A stretch of 64,000 bases of DNA from Ostrea edulis (taxonomy: Eukaryota). How positions within the stretch are numbered: the stretch's first letter is position 1; each line of letters opens with the position of its first letter. Below are positions 11,564 through 24,775 of the stretch, piece after piece. The translations under genes were made by a program, and so were the position numbers. The notes under the pieces were generated by a model. The model was not told where the DNA came from. It saw only the letters and a program-made list of their open reading frames with translations, and searched no databases. The stretch covers positions 86,552,001-86,616,000 of the forward strand of contig NC_079167.1 of the NCBI RefSeq assembly GCF_947568905.1, given 5' to 3'.

Positions 11564-14129
11564 TGTAATCTGAAATTTAAAAAATAGTCAAGATTGATAT
11601 GTAGATCCTTTCAAAGCCGCATTTCAATGTTAGCGTTCTAGTTTGTGTTTTAGTATTTTATACAGTTTTCCTGTATACAACAATACATGGATGAGCTCAT
11701 TTGTTACGAAGATTGAAGTTGTCATTTTAAAGGAATGCCTGGCAAGTGAAGACATGTGGGATTAATGAGAGTACACCTATCCTTATAAAGACAAATCAAC
11801 TTATTCAACTGTACATTTAGAAGCGGCCTCATTTAAACGGATCCTTACGACGATTTTAATTAATATGTTAACAAACAGTCGTTAATTATTCAGAATTCAA
11901 TTGTTACTTATTTTCAGTATCCGATTAATATTTAAGACACATGGCATTAATTTTTGACAACAAAAAATTGCTTTTGATTTGAGGAAGAATTGAATACATT
12001 TTTTGGGATTCTATTCTCGGGAATAATTCTATACTGATATTGACCAATGAATGGAATTGTGGTCAGGGTGCGCATATTTTGATAATGTTGCTGACGTTGC
12101 TGCGGGATTATGTGACGTTATTTTAAAAACAAAACCCTTTTAAAAGTAATTGATTATTTCCAATCCCTATAGTACATACATAAATTATGGAGGTCAGTCT
12201 GATGTAATTCCAGTGAGACTAAGATTTTAGATAATATGCCATACCTCTCTATGGTGGTTAACAATTAGGCCTACGAATATTTTTCTACATCAAGATATAA
12301 AAAATAATTTTCCACACGAACTGCTTGCGAAATACTGATTACACAGACATAAAGATGACCTGATTTGACGTCAAAGTAAAAATTGACAACCCTAGTGTGC
12401 ATCATTGACGTAGCATGTAAACATTGACCATTGCAGACGAACAGTGACGTCATAAAGATTTCGTGTATAAATAGCTGTACGAACGGCGCCCCCGGCCAGA
12501 AACTGCTGTGAGCTGACACCATTGTGTATTTATATCCCAGTTTATTTTAATTTTCCAGACAATAATGCACATCAGTAAGAGAATCGTTTTATGACAAGCG
12601 TTTCATATTTTATCGTCGGAGTGATCGCGCCGACACGTAAAAGCGATCTCTTCGTACATATAGCTTATACAGCACACATAATTCATTATTTAAGTTTTAT
12701 TCTGCTGCCGACAATTATTACATCTCTCTGCGCTCTAAAGATAGAAATAAATAAAATTTGATATGATGAACACCTTATTTTTTCATATTAATTTCCATGC
12801 AAAGATAATTAGTCTACCAGGGACACTTATGCATTGTAAACGAATGCATATATATTCTAGAGTTTGTCACACAATCAGTACTTATTAATACATTAATTAA
12901 TTCAAACACCACACAACCAGGAAATAAGCGTGGTCCCGCCTGTATAGTTACCTATAAAATCTTGTAAATTTACTTTGACAGACAAATAAATAAACACATC
13001 GATAATGAATAACGAAACAAATGGGTTTATGCAATTGATCACCGTTTGTTATCTTCACTCTTTGTTAATCACTTACACACAAACAAATGAATAACATAAC
13101 TTGGAAGTTATCACAGAGAGCTTTTTTTCCCCCATTGTTTGACATAATATATTGACGACAAAATCACGATGCATTTTCCTGGATAAAATCTGGGTGATAT
13201 AGAATTCTAAAGTCGCGGAGGAAGGCCCCGTGACCCCTATCTGCATGGAAGAATGTCTGATCACGTCAAGCCGTGTCTAAGTGCGCCGCTTTATACGGCG
13301 TAACAAAGCTAAAGAACACTCTAAAATTCGCCATTTCAATAAATAATAAAAACAAATATGGGCGTTACTGAACTTTACTGCCTAATTTTCCATAAATTAG
13401 CATACAAATTAAATTAAATAGCATATTTTACGACCCAAGTCGTTGAACCAGAAGTACTAATGACTACAATTAGCTGATATGATACTTATAAAACACTCAC
13501 AAATTGTCGGTAATTTCCAGGTTTTATGATATAACTACTACACTACACAAAGTTTTAATCCCGTTAAGTAGGCTCCAGTGGTTTCGCCCTTTCTACGGCT
13601 CCCCCATACATCAGCTAATTCCCAAATCACGCTGTCCGTCAGAGATTGACAGCGGTAGTAATTCAAATTTAGACGCTTGGGGGGAAACTTTATATCGAAC
13701 ATAACGTACACTTTCAATCAGTCATTTTAATTCAGAAGGAAAGGTCTTAAAGCAGAAATGAAGCTGTTCGTGAAAGGTAAAATTCAATCTGTATTAATAT
13801 ATTCAGCTCTTAAAGACCATGTAAGTAATGATTGAAAGAGCCTCCTGGGGACCACTGGTGGGCTTATCAAAAGTAGCACTAGTAGTGCATGGAAATATCA
13901 AATCAATGACAAATCAACGTGCTATGCTGAGTGTGCATGGATGGTTTGCTAAGTTCAGATTTATAGATCATGAAAGTTTAAACATGACTAGAGTAAGCAT
14001 TATGTTTGACCAGAAATTCATGTTGGGTTTGCTTTGGTTTACAAGCAGCTTCATTACGATATTTATACCCTCAGCCAATACTAGTACGTCTCATAACGGG
14101 ATTTAACGAAGTTGAGCGGAGATGATTCG

Positions 14130-14578
14130 TAACTAGTAGCGGTTTTAGAGTTTATGCAGACAAACAGTGGTTGACAATCGCTGTATAAGACTTCTATACT
14201 AACAGAGGTGTTAAACACTCTCACAGATTACTGAAATAATAGTAACTAGTAGCGGTTTTAGAGTTTATGCAGACAAGCAGTGGTTGACAATCGCTGTATA
14301 AGACTTCTATACTAACAGAGGTGTTAAACACTCTCACAGATTACTGATACTAACAGAGGTGTTAAACACTCTCACAGATTACTGATACTAACAGAGGTGT
14401 TAAACACTCTCACAGATTACTGATACTAACAGAGGTGTTAAACACTCTCACAGATTACTGATACTAACAGAGGTGTTAAACACTCTCACAGATTACTGAT
14501 ACTAACAGAGGTGTTAAACACTCTCACAGATTACTGATACTAACAGAGGTGTTAAACACTCTCACAGATTACTGAAAT
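14130..14578. repeat. 113-bp tandem duplication followed by a 38-bp minisatellite (about 7 copies)
   Basis: GCGGTTTT at 14139 and 14252. Unit TACTAACAGAGGTGTTAAACACTCTCACAGATTACTGA is repeated 14309-14577. Confidence 0.95.
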
Positions 14579-15259
14579 AGTAGTACTTATGGAACTTTAA
14601 AAAACAATCGCCAAGAAACGCCCTCTGTGCTTCATCGTATCAGAATAACTAAATACTGAAGGAAATATCTGTTAAAAGCTTTAGTACCCCAGACTAAGTG
14701 AATCGACTAGTATTCCCACTATAGACAGAAATACGCAAACCAAACTGTATTGATAAAGGTAGTCACAAAGTTAAGCATACAAAGCTTAAAGCTAACATTA
14801 CCCGTGCAATAATAGGCGACTTTTAAGCTTATCGTAGTTTTCAATTCGCTTAGAAGTACTCTTACAAGCCTATGCTAGTTATAAAACCGTGAACAAACAC
14901 ACGTAATAACTTTGCTATGTTTAAACATTTGTTAAAAACTTTAATACCCCAGGGTATGTCAGCTTACAGAGAGGGCTTATATAGGCATCACACCTGCTGC
15001 CCAACCCTATGTATATAATAAATTAGATGAATAACATATGGTTCAAATCAAATCAAGTAAGCTAAGATAAATTGACAAGCATATTCACTGTATATAGAAA
15101 TACGTGAACCATTGATAACGATAAACACACAGTTAGAGGCCTACAGAAGTTTATAGATGACATAATTAAGCTGAAGTTGTGAAAAAAAATCAAGCTCATG
15201 ACAGTTATATAACTTTTAAGTATTACGGTTACTAACGTATGGCGAAAAATCAACAGCAA

Positions 15260-15875
15260 ATACATGCGTGTAATTACCTCTAATTGTAGAACTACACTCA
15301 ATACGTGCATGTAATTACCCGCTTATTGTAGAACTACACTCAATACGTGCATGTAATTACCCGCTTATTGTAGAACTACACTCAATACGTGTGTGTAATT
15401 ACCCGCTTACAGGGCCGTAAGTAGGGTTCTAAATCAGGGGAGGCAGGGGATTGGGGGCCGCCGATTGACTTTACGACTGAAAATGACACTTTTTAAATCC
15501 CAATTTATCATGTTTGTGTTTCATTTGTACTATGTAAAGAATCGTAATATGGTGTCAAAGACAAAGGTGCTTGTCTTCATTTTAAACATATATCCTATAA
15601 TATAACATTTATATAATTTTATTTTCTTTTTTGCCAAAAAATCAGACGAGGCAGTTGCCTCGTCTGCCTCATCGGCAGTTACGGCCCTGGCTTATTGTAG
15701 AACTACACTCAATACGTGCATGTAATTACCCGCTTATTGTAGAACTACACTCAATACGTGCGTGTAATTATCCGCTTTTTATAGAACTACACTCAATTTG
15801 CGCGCTTATTAATCATTGAACTACACTCAACATATGCGTGTAATTACTTGCATATTGTAGAATTACACTCAATAC
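15260..15875. repeat. 42-bp minisatellite interrupted by a MITE
   Basis: Unit TGTAATTACCCGCTTATTGTAGAACTACACTCAATACGTGCA on both sides of 15410-15689. Confidence 0.92.
15410..15689. mobile_element. Non-autonomous DNA transposon (MITE), CAGGGCCG termini, 5-bp TSD
   Basis: 11-bp perfect TIR CAGGGCCGTAA. TSD GCTTA at 15405-15409 and 15690-15694. The host repeat unit shows the empty site. Confidence 0.92.
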
Positions 15876-15954
15876 TAATAACTTATTGTAAATGAATATG
15901 TTGACCAGTATCTTATGTCCAGTAGGTTATAGTTGAGTTGAAAGTTTACAACAA

Positions 15955-16740
15955 GTAACGAAACTACACAGAACTACGAGAGTGTTCCGAAGTAACGAAA
16001 CTACACAGAACTACGAGAGTGTTCCGAAGCAACGAAACTACACAGAACTACGAGAGTGTTCCGAAGCAACGAAACTACACAGAACTACGAGAGTGTTCCG
16101 AAGTAACGAAACTACACAGAACTACGAGAGTGTTCCGAAGCAACGAAACTACACAGAACTACGAGAGTGTTCCGAAGCAACGAAACTACACAGAACTACG
16201 AGAGTGTTCCGAAGTAACGAAACTACACAGAAACACGAGAGTTTGGAAGTAACGAAACTACACAGAACTACGAGAGTGTTCCGAAGCAACGAAACTACAC
16301 AGGACTACGAGAGTGTTCCGAAGTAACGAAACTACACAGAACTACGAGAGTGTTCCGAAGTAACGAGACTACACAGAACTACGAGAGTGTTCCGAAGCAA
16401 CGAAACTACACAGAAACACGAGAGTTTGGAAGTAACGAAACTACACAGAACTATGAGAGTGTTCCGAAGCAACGGAACTACACAGAACTACGAGAGTGTT
16501 CCGAAGTAACGAAACTACACAGAACTACGAGAGTGTTCCGAAGCAACGAAACTACACAGAACTACGAGAGTGTTCCGAAGTAACGAAACTACACAGAAAC
16601 ACGAGAGTTCGGAAGTAACGAAACTACACAGAAATACGAGTCTTCCGAATTAACGAAACTACACAGAAGTAAGAGAGTCTTCCGAATTAACGAAACTACA
16701 CAGAAGTACGAGAGTCTTCCGAAGTAACGAAACTACTTAG
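15955..16740. repeat. 37-bp minisatellite, about 21 copies
   Basis: Unit GTAACGAAACTACACAGAACTACGAGAGTGTTCCGAA, with periodic 36-bp variants. Confidence 0.97.
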
Positions 16741-16824
16741 AAATACGATTAATAACTCGACAGAACGGTTCGGATGCCAATGCTAAAATAAATGTACACT
16801 TATTAACTTGTAAAGCTATAAAAG

Positions 16825-16833
<9 letters not shown>

Positions 16834-16882
<49 letters not shown>
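16834..16882. repeat. (TA)n microsatellite
   Basis: Read directly. Confidence 0.98.
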
Positions 16883-16885
<3 letters not shown>

Positions 16886-18494
16886 AAAGTCGTAGTTGAC
16901 TTCTTTACATGCAGCAGTGTATATTAAACGTACATCGGTCTCTTGCATTTATTTCTTTGACTGTTTATCAACTTTGTGATGGGATGCACATTTGCATATA
17001 GTACTACTGGTAACATCTTGTTACTGAAGTAAAGCCGTAGAACTGTTAGAGATATCACGCTGAGCACTACCCAATATTTTTATTATTTGCTTGTCAGCAT
17101 TTCTGTAGGACTAAGCCTCCTCCTACGTTCTGTCGCAGTTACGCCATTTTTTGATTATCAGTAGGTATGGAGTACTAAGCCGTATCATGGCATGTGTCTA
17201 AGTACACCGAGAAATTCGTAACTAACTCATCATACAGTAACGAGCACAAACACAACACGTGACTAGTGTACAGCAAAACTTAGTCAAATCTAAAACTTTA
17301 TGGATAAAGTCTTTATACTAGGATGCGAAGGTGTGTGAAGTTTTTAGGAAATATGGAAGCACGGGAAATAGGAGTGAAAAGGTAACTAAAATGAACAAGA
17401 AAAAATGGCGAAGGAGAAGAAAAACAATTAAGAACACGTGTAGTAATTAACCACTTAATTAAACGGTTACATAATTAGATAGGATCTTTTCCGCCTGATA
17501 CGCATTCTTTCTGGGAATTCGAAGAACACATTCTTTATCATGAAAGTTATTCATGTATTACGACTCTACGCTATTCTCAAGTTTATTTGTAGTATGCTAT
17601 TTTGTCATAATATAAAGGATATGAACACATACGGACAAGAAATGGCCGCAATTTATGACATTGTCACCATGGGATGACGAGTCATAATTGCCTAAATATC
17701 ACGAAATTGAAATTAAAAACATATAAATGTACAATTAAATTATAAATTGGTAGAACAGTCACTCGGGCATTTGAAAATTATCATTTGAAAAGAAAATAAA
17801 TCATATAATTATCATAAAATATTTCTACAATGCAACTTAGACCTGGTAGTGTGACACTAGCATTTTTTCCCTAAACCACCACACAGCGGTTTGTTTTAAC
17901 TTGCAAAAATCATGTATTAGTTTGTATGCTGATTAAATCTACAGAATGAGTAACCATGACAGACCAAATAACTGACGCTCTTCTTGTTAATGCAATCTAA
18001 AAAAAAACCAAAAAAACCCACAAATTGTGAATCTAAAAAGAAATCTCGGTCCAAAAACCTTAGTCTACCTACCTCAATAAACAGAAATTTAGTTATCTGC
18101 GGTTTCCATATGCATAATGAAGTCCCTGAGTCATGAATACTTCACTTCTATGAAGAATTTTGACATTCTATTAAAGTGAAGTTTCGACTACAAATGTCCT
18201 CCAACAGTCTGTATAAAACTCCCACACTAAATAATTATGATCAAAGTCATTGCCTCCGGAATGTTAAAGTCAATTGCGTCCTCTCTGATTGATCAGCAAA
18301 ATATGAAAATTTCAAAACGGATTGAAGGGAGGAAAATGTCTTCGCTATTCATAAAATGCTGCATTACAAATGATGACAAGAAAATAGATCGAGATGACAA
18401 AGAAATCAGAAGACGTTGCAACATTTATCTCATTCACATCGCAATGGTATGCTGTGCAACCTTTTCAGAACTCAAAATCAAACAGCATAACACG

Positions 18495-19650
18495 GCCTTG
18501 CGTCCGAAACTTAAACGTTTATTGTTATTGTGTCCGAGACTTAAATCTTTATTGTTATGGGGTCCAAGACTTAAACGTTTATTGTTATTGTGTCCGAGAC
18601 TTAAATCTTTATTGTTATCGGTCCAAGACTTAAACGTTTATTGTTATTGTGTCCGAGACTTAAATCTTTATTGTTATCGGTCCAAGACTTAAACGTTTAT
18701 TGTTATTGTGTCCGAGACTTAAATCTTTATTGTTATTGGGTCCGAGCTTTAAGCTTTATTGTTATTGGGTCCGAGCTTTAAGCTTTATTGTTATTGGGTT
18801 CGAGATTTAAAGGTTTATTGTTTTGGGGCCCGAGACTTAAGCCTTTATTGTTATTGGGTCCGGGATTTAAACAGTCTTTGATATTGGGTACGAGACTTAA
18901 ACGTTTATTGTTATTGGGTCCGAGATTTAAACAGTCTTTGATATTGGGTACGAGACTTAACGTTTATTGCTGTTGGGTCTGAGATTTAAGGTATTCAATG
19001 TGTAACGACCATATTTCATATCTAGTAAACGGATGGTGTGATTTTTGCAATTATGGTATAATTTTGAAGGGTTCATCAAATGAAAATAATCCACCATAGG
19101 AATGTTCAAAATTTTGATTACTGCTTGATTTATTTCACCTAGAATTTTACATTGAAGTCTATGGGAGAAGCATGTTTTATCAAAATATTTTCAAAAGTAG
19201 TTATATTTTCATACAAATCTCTTGGTAAAAAGTTAAGTACACTTTCTCTGTATGAAAATATGAAATAGATTTAATCCTCTACTGCAGAGATGTTTAGAAA
19301 ATTAAAATTTTCTTATTTTTGCAAAGGGTAGATAACTCTTCAAACAGAGTCAAGTGTAGAGAGGTCAGCTTCTATTCATTTACCAGTGGTGTGAATTTGA
19401 TCTACGTCACTTTCATCATTAGTTAACAGTGAATATTTGATTTGAATGATACAAAATTGTTCATTGTCCCTTTTGTTATATATTGAATACCTTAAATCGA
19501 ATCCGAGATTCAAACGTTTATTGCTAATGGGCCCGAGACTTACTTAAACGTTTATTGTTATTGGGCCGGAAATTAAAACATTCATTGTTATTGGGTCAGA
19601 GGCTTAAAGGTTCATTGTTGTTGGGTCCGAAACTCAAACGTTGTTATTTG
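18495..19650. repeat. ~30-bp minisatellite with a 59-60-bp dimeric segment, split by a 502-bp insertion
   Basis: Unit CCGAGACTTAAACGTTTATTGTTATTGGGT. TGTCCGAGAC recurs at about 18531, 18591, 18650 and 18709. The array resumes after 19495. Confidence 0.92.
18990..19491. mobile_element. Kolobok-like non-autonomous DNA transposon (TTAA TSD, GG...CC termini)
   Basis: TTAA at 18986-18989 and 19492-19495. TIR GGTATTCAATGTGTAAC versus GGTATTCAATATATAAC (15/17). Superfamily inferred from TTAA plus purine-purine termini. Confidence 0.8.
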
Positions 19651-20419
19651 GGTTACACAAATTCAAACTTATAGAGTAACCCAGTCGACCACAGTTTAGG
19701 GTAAGGAAAGCATGCTTTATACTAAATTTTTCACATTTTGCAATCTAACAGATATGCTCAATATCAAAATAGAACGAAACTTTCGAAAGAATATAGAGCC
19801 TTTTAAAATCCACCCCCAACCCCCACCCCCAACACCAACCCCCGAAACTGCATATAGAAGGTTATTCGCTGGATATCATCACGAGTATGTCTGAGTACAG
19901 CTAGAACAAACGCACAGAAGATCAGGACAGTCATGATGGGTTTTTTTTCAAGCATGAATTTGCACAATGATGAACAGATTGTGCTCTTCGATCATTTTCT
20001 GTTATGTGACCGAGTACAGAAATATTGCTGATTCATTTACAAAACTAACCAGACTCATTTGTCAGCTGGGATTCAATATATTTCCTCATTATTTTGTTTT
20101 TCAGTCCAAATGAGAGATAGTCACTGATCTCTGGACCATTTTTTTTTTTTTCGAAAGCTTTTCCTGATCAGATTCAAAATATTACTGTAAAGGGTAACAA
20201 ATCGACCTCGCTGTTTGTTTGTTTCTTGTTTGTTTGATTATTGTTTGTGTGCTGAGCATTGGGCATTTTCATTCCTTACACAAATTATCTGTGATATCAT
20301 CAACATAACATACTAGAAGTGTTTTAAAGTATAGTGCATATGTGTGTGTATACTTTGTTTCATGTTACGTATAGACTTATTTGATATGCTTCTCTTCTTC
20401 TAAGAAAGTGGAGATCGTC

Positions 20420-21095
20420 AATATTTTGTATATTATTTTGTTGTTGTGATGTACTCCCGGAGATAATCACTACTATATAATATTTTGTATATTTTTGCTG
20501 TTATGATATACCCCCGGAGATTGCTTGATTTAAAGTACCTGATGCGATATATCCCCGGATTTTGTTTGATTTACAGTATATTTTTGCTGTTGTGATAAAC
20601 CCCTGGAGATTGCTTAATTTACAGTATATTTTTTGCTGTTGTGATAAACCCCTGGAGATTGCTTAATTTAAGTATATTTTTCGCTGTTGTGATATACCCC
20701 CGGAGTGAATGATTATAGTTTAACGTCCCTCTCGAGAATCTTTGCAGTCGTCACTATTACCGGTGAAGGGATGCAAAATTTAGGCATATGATCGGCGCTT
20801 ATGACCATTGAGCAGGGAGAGATCTTTATCGTGCCACACCTGTTGTGACACGGGACCTCGTTTTTTGTGGTCTCATTCGTAGGACAGCCCCATTTCGTCG
20901 CCTCTTACGACAAGCAAGGGGTACAGAGAACCTATTCTAACTCGTATTCCCACGGGATGATATAACCTTGGAGATTCCTTGATTGACAGTAGACATTGTG
21001 ACATACCCCAGCTTGATTGACAGTAGACATTGTGATATACCCCAGCTTGATTGACAGTAGACATTGTGATATACCCAGCTTGATTTACAGTATAT
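20420..21095. repeat. ~49-bp repeats (20420-20705) and related 34-bp repeats (20958-21095) flanking a SINE
   Basis: Shared GATATACCCC..G(C)TTGATT(T/G)ACAGTA core. GGAGAT at 20605 and 20654; CCAGCTTGA at 21008 and 21042. Confidence 0.85.
20706..20957 (-). mobile_element. SINE body and 3' end
   Basis: The minus strand has GAGGTCCCGTGTCACAACAGGTGTGGCACGATAAAGATC and ends TTCTCGAGAGGGACGTTAAAC, like the copy at 40320-40545. Confidence 0.75.
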
Positions 21096-21284
21096 GAGAG
21101 GGGGGGGGGGGCTAACGGAGAATGGCACAAGATGACCCAGCAAATTCTGACAAATACTAAATTAGCACTTTAATTGATCTGCATAAATTTGTGGACCACA
21201 TACACTAGAGTGAATAATTCGCAACATAGCTGTTGATTTCCAGTTTTGAATGAGTCATGTTCATGGAAATCAGTTAATACTATG

Positions 21285-21585
21285 AAACCAAACACACAGC
21301 GATTACAAAGCATTTACCAAAAGAATCTAAATTAACAACGGCTAAAAAACTTTCACAGAGAGACAAACCAAACACACAACGATTACAAAGCATTTAGCAA
21401 AAGAATTCAAATTAACAACGGCTAAAAAAACTTTCACAGAGAGACAAACCAAACACACAGCGATTACAAAGCATTTACCAAAAGAATCTAAATTAACAAC
21501 GGCTAAAGAACTTTCACAGAGAGACATACCACACACACAACGATTACAAAGCATTTAGCAAAAGAATTCAAATTAACAACGGCTA
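21285..21585. repeat. 80-81-bp tandem repeat x4 with alternating A/B variants (161-bp dimer)
   Basis: Unit starts at about 21288, 21368, 21449 and 21529. Units 1 and 3 share CAGCG/TTTACC/TCTAA; units 2 and 4 share CAACG/TTTAGC/TTCAA. Confidence 0.92.
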
Positions 21586-23680
21586 CAGTTACTAAGAGGA
21601 TGGAACTCTCATCGGTTAAAAAGCATTCACTTTTTTCTCGGACATGATTTTTCTACAAATTAAAAATGTATTTTACTAATTCCAAAGATGAAGTTGGAAA
21701 TAATTGCATAACAATTCTTTTTAGGGGGGATCAATTGTTATGTAATGATATCAAAGTCCAGATTAGGAAGTAGCGAAACACATATATCATGAAAAAAATC
21801 TGGAAAATGTGACATGAGCTTTAATATCAAATGCATATTGATAGAAGTAAACGCTAGTCTGTCTGCATGTTTATTCATCATGTAGCGTGTTCTGTGAAAC
21901 GATTAATGCCAAAAAGTTAATCGTTTGTCTCGCCCCTTACAGAAAGAGAACATGCGTTTATCTAATATGGAGGACAATAGTTACAAGCTATTCAAAGAAA
22001 TGTACGATAATTCGTATTATGCTTAAATATAATCATATGTTTTTGACAAAAAGTGATATATTTCAGTGGATGTATATTTTGCAATAAACTGATTACACTA
22101 ACGATCAGAAAACCTTAATATTTCAGAATTGAAGCTAAGTCAATTGTACTTTTGACTTCTGTCTGCACGCTGTCATTTATAAAATTAATGTTTTGGAACC
22201 AACAATGGATATTGTGGTTAACGGTTAATATCTATCAAGCCGGGGCACTTCCGTTATCCGCCATTTTCGGTGAATGCACGGCAGTTGTCTCTGTTGATTT
22301 ACCGTTATATAAACCACAATCTTAAGGACGTACAGCACACACACACAAAATGGCTGCTGAACCATGACAACACGGCGATCATTGTGCAAAGATTTGAACT
22401 ATAACTTACCACTGCACGGAACCTCTCGGACATTGATCACGGTGCAGTGTCTACTTAAAAGTACTCATTGAGGAGTATTCACAACAGTGGCCTTCATGTT
22501 AATATTTTCAACACAGAAAAGCGCGTTATTAATTGACGACGTTTTTAATTTAACCACAAACCAAATACACTAAACTATTTTAAACAACTAATTCAGGAGA
22601 GAGAAAACAACCGCAAAGAAAGTTTGATCGGTTTAACTTCTTTTAGAAAATATTTTACATAAACTGACATATTTTATGGCTCTTGTGGGTATAAACGCCA
22701 ATTTCTGCAAACAAGAGTTAATCGGGTTCCATTCAGTTATGTTGTATGCATTAAAAAAAAATGAAAAGATAGCATAAAAATATTCTATCATTTAAAATTC
22801 AGTGGCATATACTTTAAACGTATACAACAATCCGTAATGGCTTCCTGAATTTGAATTTTTTCCAGCATGATGGAGCTGAATAATAATTACAGTATATGGA
22901 AAAAATAAACGCTTAAGAAAGAACCTTAGTTTACCTTCAATACTTTTTGTAACTGTTTCCCTCCATAAACGTCGGGTAGAGCATGAAAGTTGCAATATTA
23001 AATATGACCCTCTAAAAAGATTTTATAAAAGTTTACTAATGATGACCCTGGAATTTATCTTGTATGATATACATGTATACAGGTGTATAATGCACGTGAG
23101 TCGACACGGCGAACTAAAGCTCTCCAATCTAAAAAAGCTGCTGAACGTTTTCCTGTTCTTAATTCTGAAGAACACATCACATTTATTTCTCATCATAATT
23201 TCTAGAAATAGATTGTTTTATGAATAATGAAATCCATCTCTAGTGAAGAAAATTATAAGAGAATTTTAAAGGTTGTGCAATGCCTTCGGAATACATCTGG
23301 CTTACACAGGCCATGTTGTGGTTCTCTTGAATTGCGTCAAAATTATATTAATTATTGAATATGATAAATCTAAATCGAGTAACTTGAAAATTCAGATGTT
23401 TACCTGAAAAGAAGAAAGGGGTTTGTCTTTGAGTAGATTGAGAACTACGCCACCTTGCCATTAACAACACTTGCTACAAACTTCTACAAAATAATGAAAT
23501 TGCAAAATAGATTTGTGCTTTTATATGTAAAATGGATAAAGTTTATCGTATGGAATGTAATTTATTCTCATGATTTCTCAATTAAGTCCAAAAAGAATGA
23601 GGAACATTCATATAAAGTTATAAACATCATTTAGAATGTACAAGTCCTTATTTTTTAAGTAATTATAGATTAATAGATAG

Positions 23681-23684
<4 letters not shown>

Positions 23685-23719
<35 letters not shown>
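23685..23719. repeat. (TA)n microsatellite
   Basis: Read directly. Confidence 0.98.
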
Positions 23720-23722
<3 letters not shown>

Positions 23723-24349
23723 TGCATCAAGTGTCCTTAAACCTGTTAATTTCTAAACATTAAAAAGATCTTCATATAAAACATGAATATGATCGGTGCT
23801 GTAAATTTTAAGAACGGTAAACTTGATAAACTCTCACACAAAATTTGGTAACCATTATTGATATGCACTAAACAATATTCCAGAAAAAGGTTGCGCTGCA
23901 ATTTAACACATAACTTTATAATTAATGAATTAGAATTACAACCTGTCAATCAAATTTCATAAGCTTGAATTTAAAACATTTTATAAGCTGAGCACAAGTC
24001 ACGCAGCGTTATGTGAATAGTTAAATAGCGGTAGTGGTAATGACGGTCAGGTGTCAGTAGTGGGGAGAATGATTGCGTAATTAACCAAGCTGCAATAAAA
24101 CACGAGGAGTCGAGGACTGGGCTATCGAGGGGTCAGCTCTCAAAAATAAACTTAAATCAAAGGGCCAACTTAAAAGATTGTGAAAAAGATATATAAAACT
24201 AAGCTTTATCATATCCGCTCCTGTAATTCCGACACTGGAAATCTTAAATCCGTAGTGAGATTTCCTCGCTCATTGTTAATTATCAGAGCTACCTTTTATT
24301 AGAATGTCACGAAAATCCACTAAATTAATTTGTTATGCAATCTTGCCAA

Positions 24350-24775
24350 CAACCAAACACAGCTGAATCCACAGAGTCCAGACTCACATCCAGAGTGGAC
24401 CAAATATATTTAAATCAACATTCCAAAATAGTTTCTGAATCCACATCCCAGACTAACAAACAAAGCCGACAAAATGCACCTGAATCCACAATCCTGATTA
24501 GCTTCTGAATCTAAAAGTCAAGACTAAAATACAAATCGGAACAAACACATCTAAATCCACATTCCAGAATAACAAAGATAGTTGACAAAATGCATCTGAA
24601 TCCATATTTCAGATTAATCTCTGAAGCCACATTCCAGACTAGTCTCTGAATCCACATTCCAGACTAAACAACAAATCGAAACAAATAAATCCAAAGTGCA
24701 GAATAGTTTCTGAATCACATTCCAGACTAACAAACAAATCGAACCAAACGCATTTGAATCCAGTCCAGATTACTC
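24350..24775. repeat. Degenerate minisatellite with CTGAATCCACATTCCAGACTAA core
   Basis: The motif recurs more than 10 times at irregular spacing. Confidence 0.75.

Noticed and set aside
15982-16583. ORFs of 77-114 aa with repeated peptides
   Set aside because: They arise from the 37-bp minisatellite; the unit is not 3n, so the frame rotates.
15955-16740. CRISPR-like array (37-bp repeats)
   Set aside because: Units are contiguous with no unique spacers, the context is eukaryotic, and no cas genes are present. The same applies to the 31-, 32-, 33-, 38- and 41-bp arrays.
18237-18982. 151-aa, 79-aa and 64-aa ORFs
   Set aside because: The C-terminal halves are translated 30-bp minisatellite and no domain is recognisable.
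22247-22357. Divergent YY1/Kozak-like motifs (CCGCCATTTT, AAAATGGCTGC) plus an ETS site as a bidirectional promoter
   Set aside because: Both ATGs close within 5-9 codons, and the plus motif lies just inside a TTAA-GGACG sequence resembling a transposon end. No gene is evident.
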